From Candidatus Saccharimonadales bacterium (GTDB lineage Bacteria > Patescibacteriota > Saccharimonadia > Saccharimonadales > Saccharimonadaceae): a stretch of DNA of 64,000 nt. The stretch covers positions 24,389 through 88,388 of the forward strand of contig DASSWW010000038.1 of NCBI GenBank assembly GCA_035704495.1, read 5' to 3'. The position numbers and the translations under genes are program-made. The notes beneath the pieces are model-generated. The model worked only from the letters and a program-made list of their open reading frames with translations. It was not told where the DNA came from and ran no database searches. Shown in pieces: positions 63,838 to 64,000 of this stretch; the stretch's first letter is position 1; each line of letters begins with the position of its first letter.

Positions 63838-64000
63838 ATGAAAGCACTTCTCGGTACCAAAATTGGTATGACCCAAATCATCAGTGAGGATGGACGCGCA
63901 GTACCTGTGACGTTAATTCAAGCTGGCCCCGTGACTGTGACTCAAGTCAAGTCTGTCGAAACCGACGGCTACAACGCAGTCCAGGTGGCATATGGTGAGG
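63838..64000 (+). CDS. rplC: 50S ribosomal protein L3 (3' end runs off the window)
   Basis: [38 protein letters not shown] is the typical L3 N-terminus. Confidence 0.93.
   Translation, partial: MKALLGTKIGMTQIISEDGRAVPVTLIQAGPVTVTQVKSVETDGYNAVQVAYGE

Noticed and set aside
1-64000. Alternative genetic code (UGA recoding, as in some CPR lineages).
   Set aside because: TGA closes several ORFs at sensible ends (for example 49985-49987, 59531-59533 and 58540-58542 on the minus strand). All long conserved proteins are intact under the standard code.
1-64000. CRISPR arrays, rRNA genes, transposases, integrases or prophage structural genes.
   Set aside because: No regularly spaced direct repeats and no recognisable recombinase or phage motifs were found. 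The islands therefore cannot be attributed to a recognisable mobile element from this window alone.

Overview
The window is a gene-dense, moderately AT-rich bacterial chromosome segment that uses the standard genetic code (TGA terminates ORFs). Gene content suggests a reduced-genome, Gram-positive-type organism, plausibly a Saccharibacteria/CPR-like lineage. That assignment is an inference from a sortase with an LPxTG-like substrate, a type IV pilin, class A PBP, many lineage-specific ORFans and short intergenic regions; it is not proven. Confidently recognisable genes are: rnhB (fused to a YraN domain), pepN, a sortase operon, an FKBP PPIase, mpg, nusA, clpC, radA, a PIN/TRAM protein, PBP1A, tyrS, recG, rsmD, two tRNA-Leu genes, an FAD-linked oxidase, a SpoU methyltransferase, hisS, a type IV pilin, tig, clpP, a PP2C phosphatase, rpoB, rpoC, rpsL, rpsG, fusA, an M16 peptidase, tuf, rpsJ and the start of rplC. 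The main observations are as follows. (1) The normally contiguous rpsL-rpsG-fusA-tuf-rpsJ-rplC supercluster keeps its order and strand but is split into five autonomous promoter/terminator units by four islands holding 20 mostly ORFan genes. The tig-clpP pair is split in the same way. (2) Several core machines carry substitutions at positions that are normally invariant. RNAP beta-prime lacks all eight Zn-ligand cysteines, EF-G has NKIN in place of the NKxD guanine-specificity motif, and S12 has Pro at the streptomycin-resistance lysine of RVKDLPG. (3) Perfect CIRCE (HrcA) operators wrap the -35 regions of both the clpC and clpP promoters. (4) Many genes appear leaderless, with a -10 hexamer 6-9 nt upstream of the ATG. 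(5) Repeated structured elements mark the 3' ends of antisense ORFan cassettes. No CRISPR array, rRNA gene, transposase or integrase was seen.
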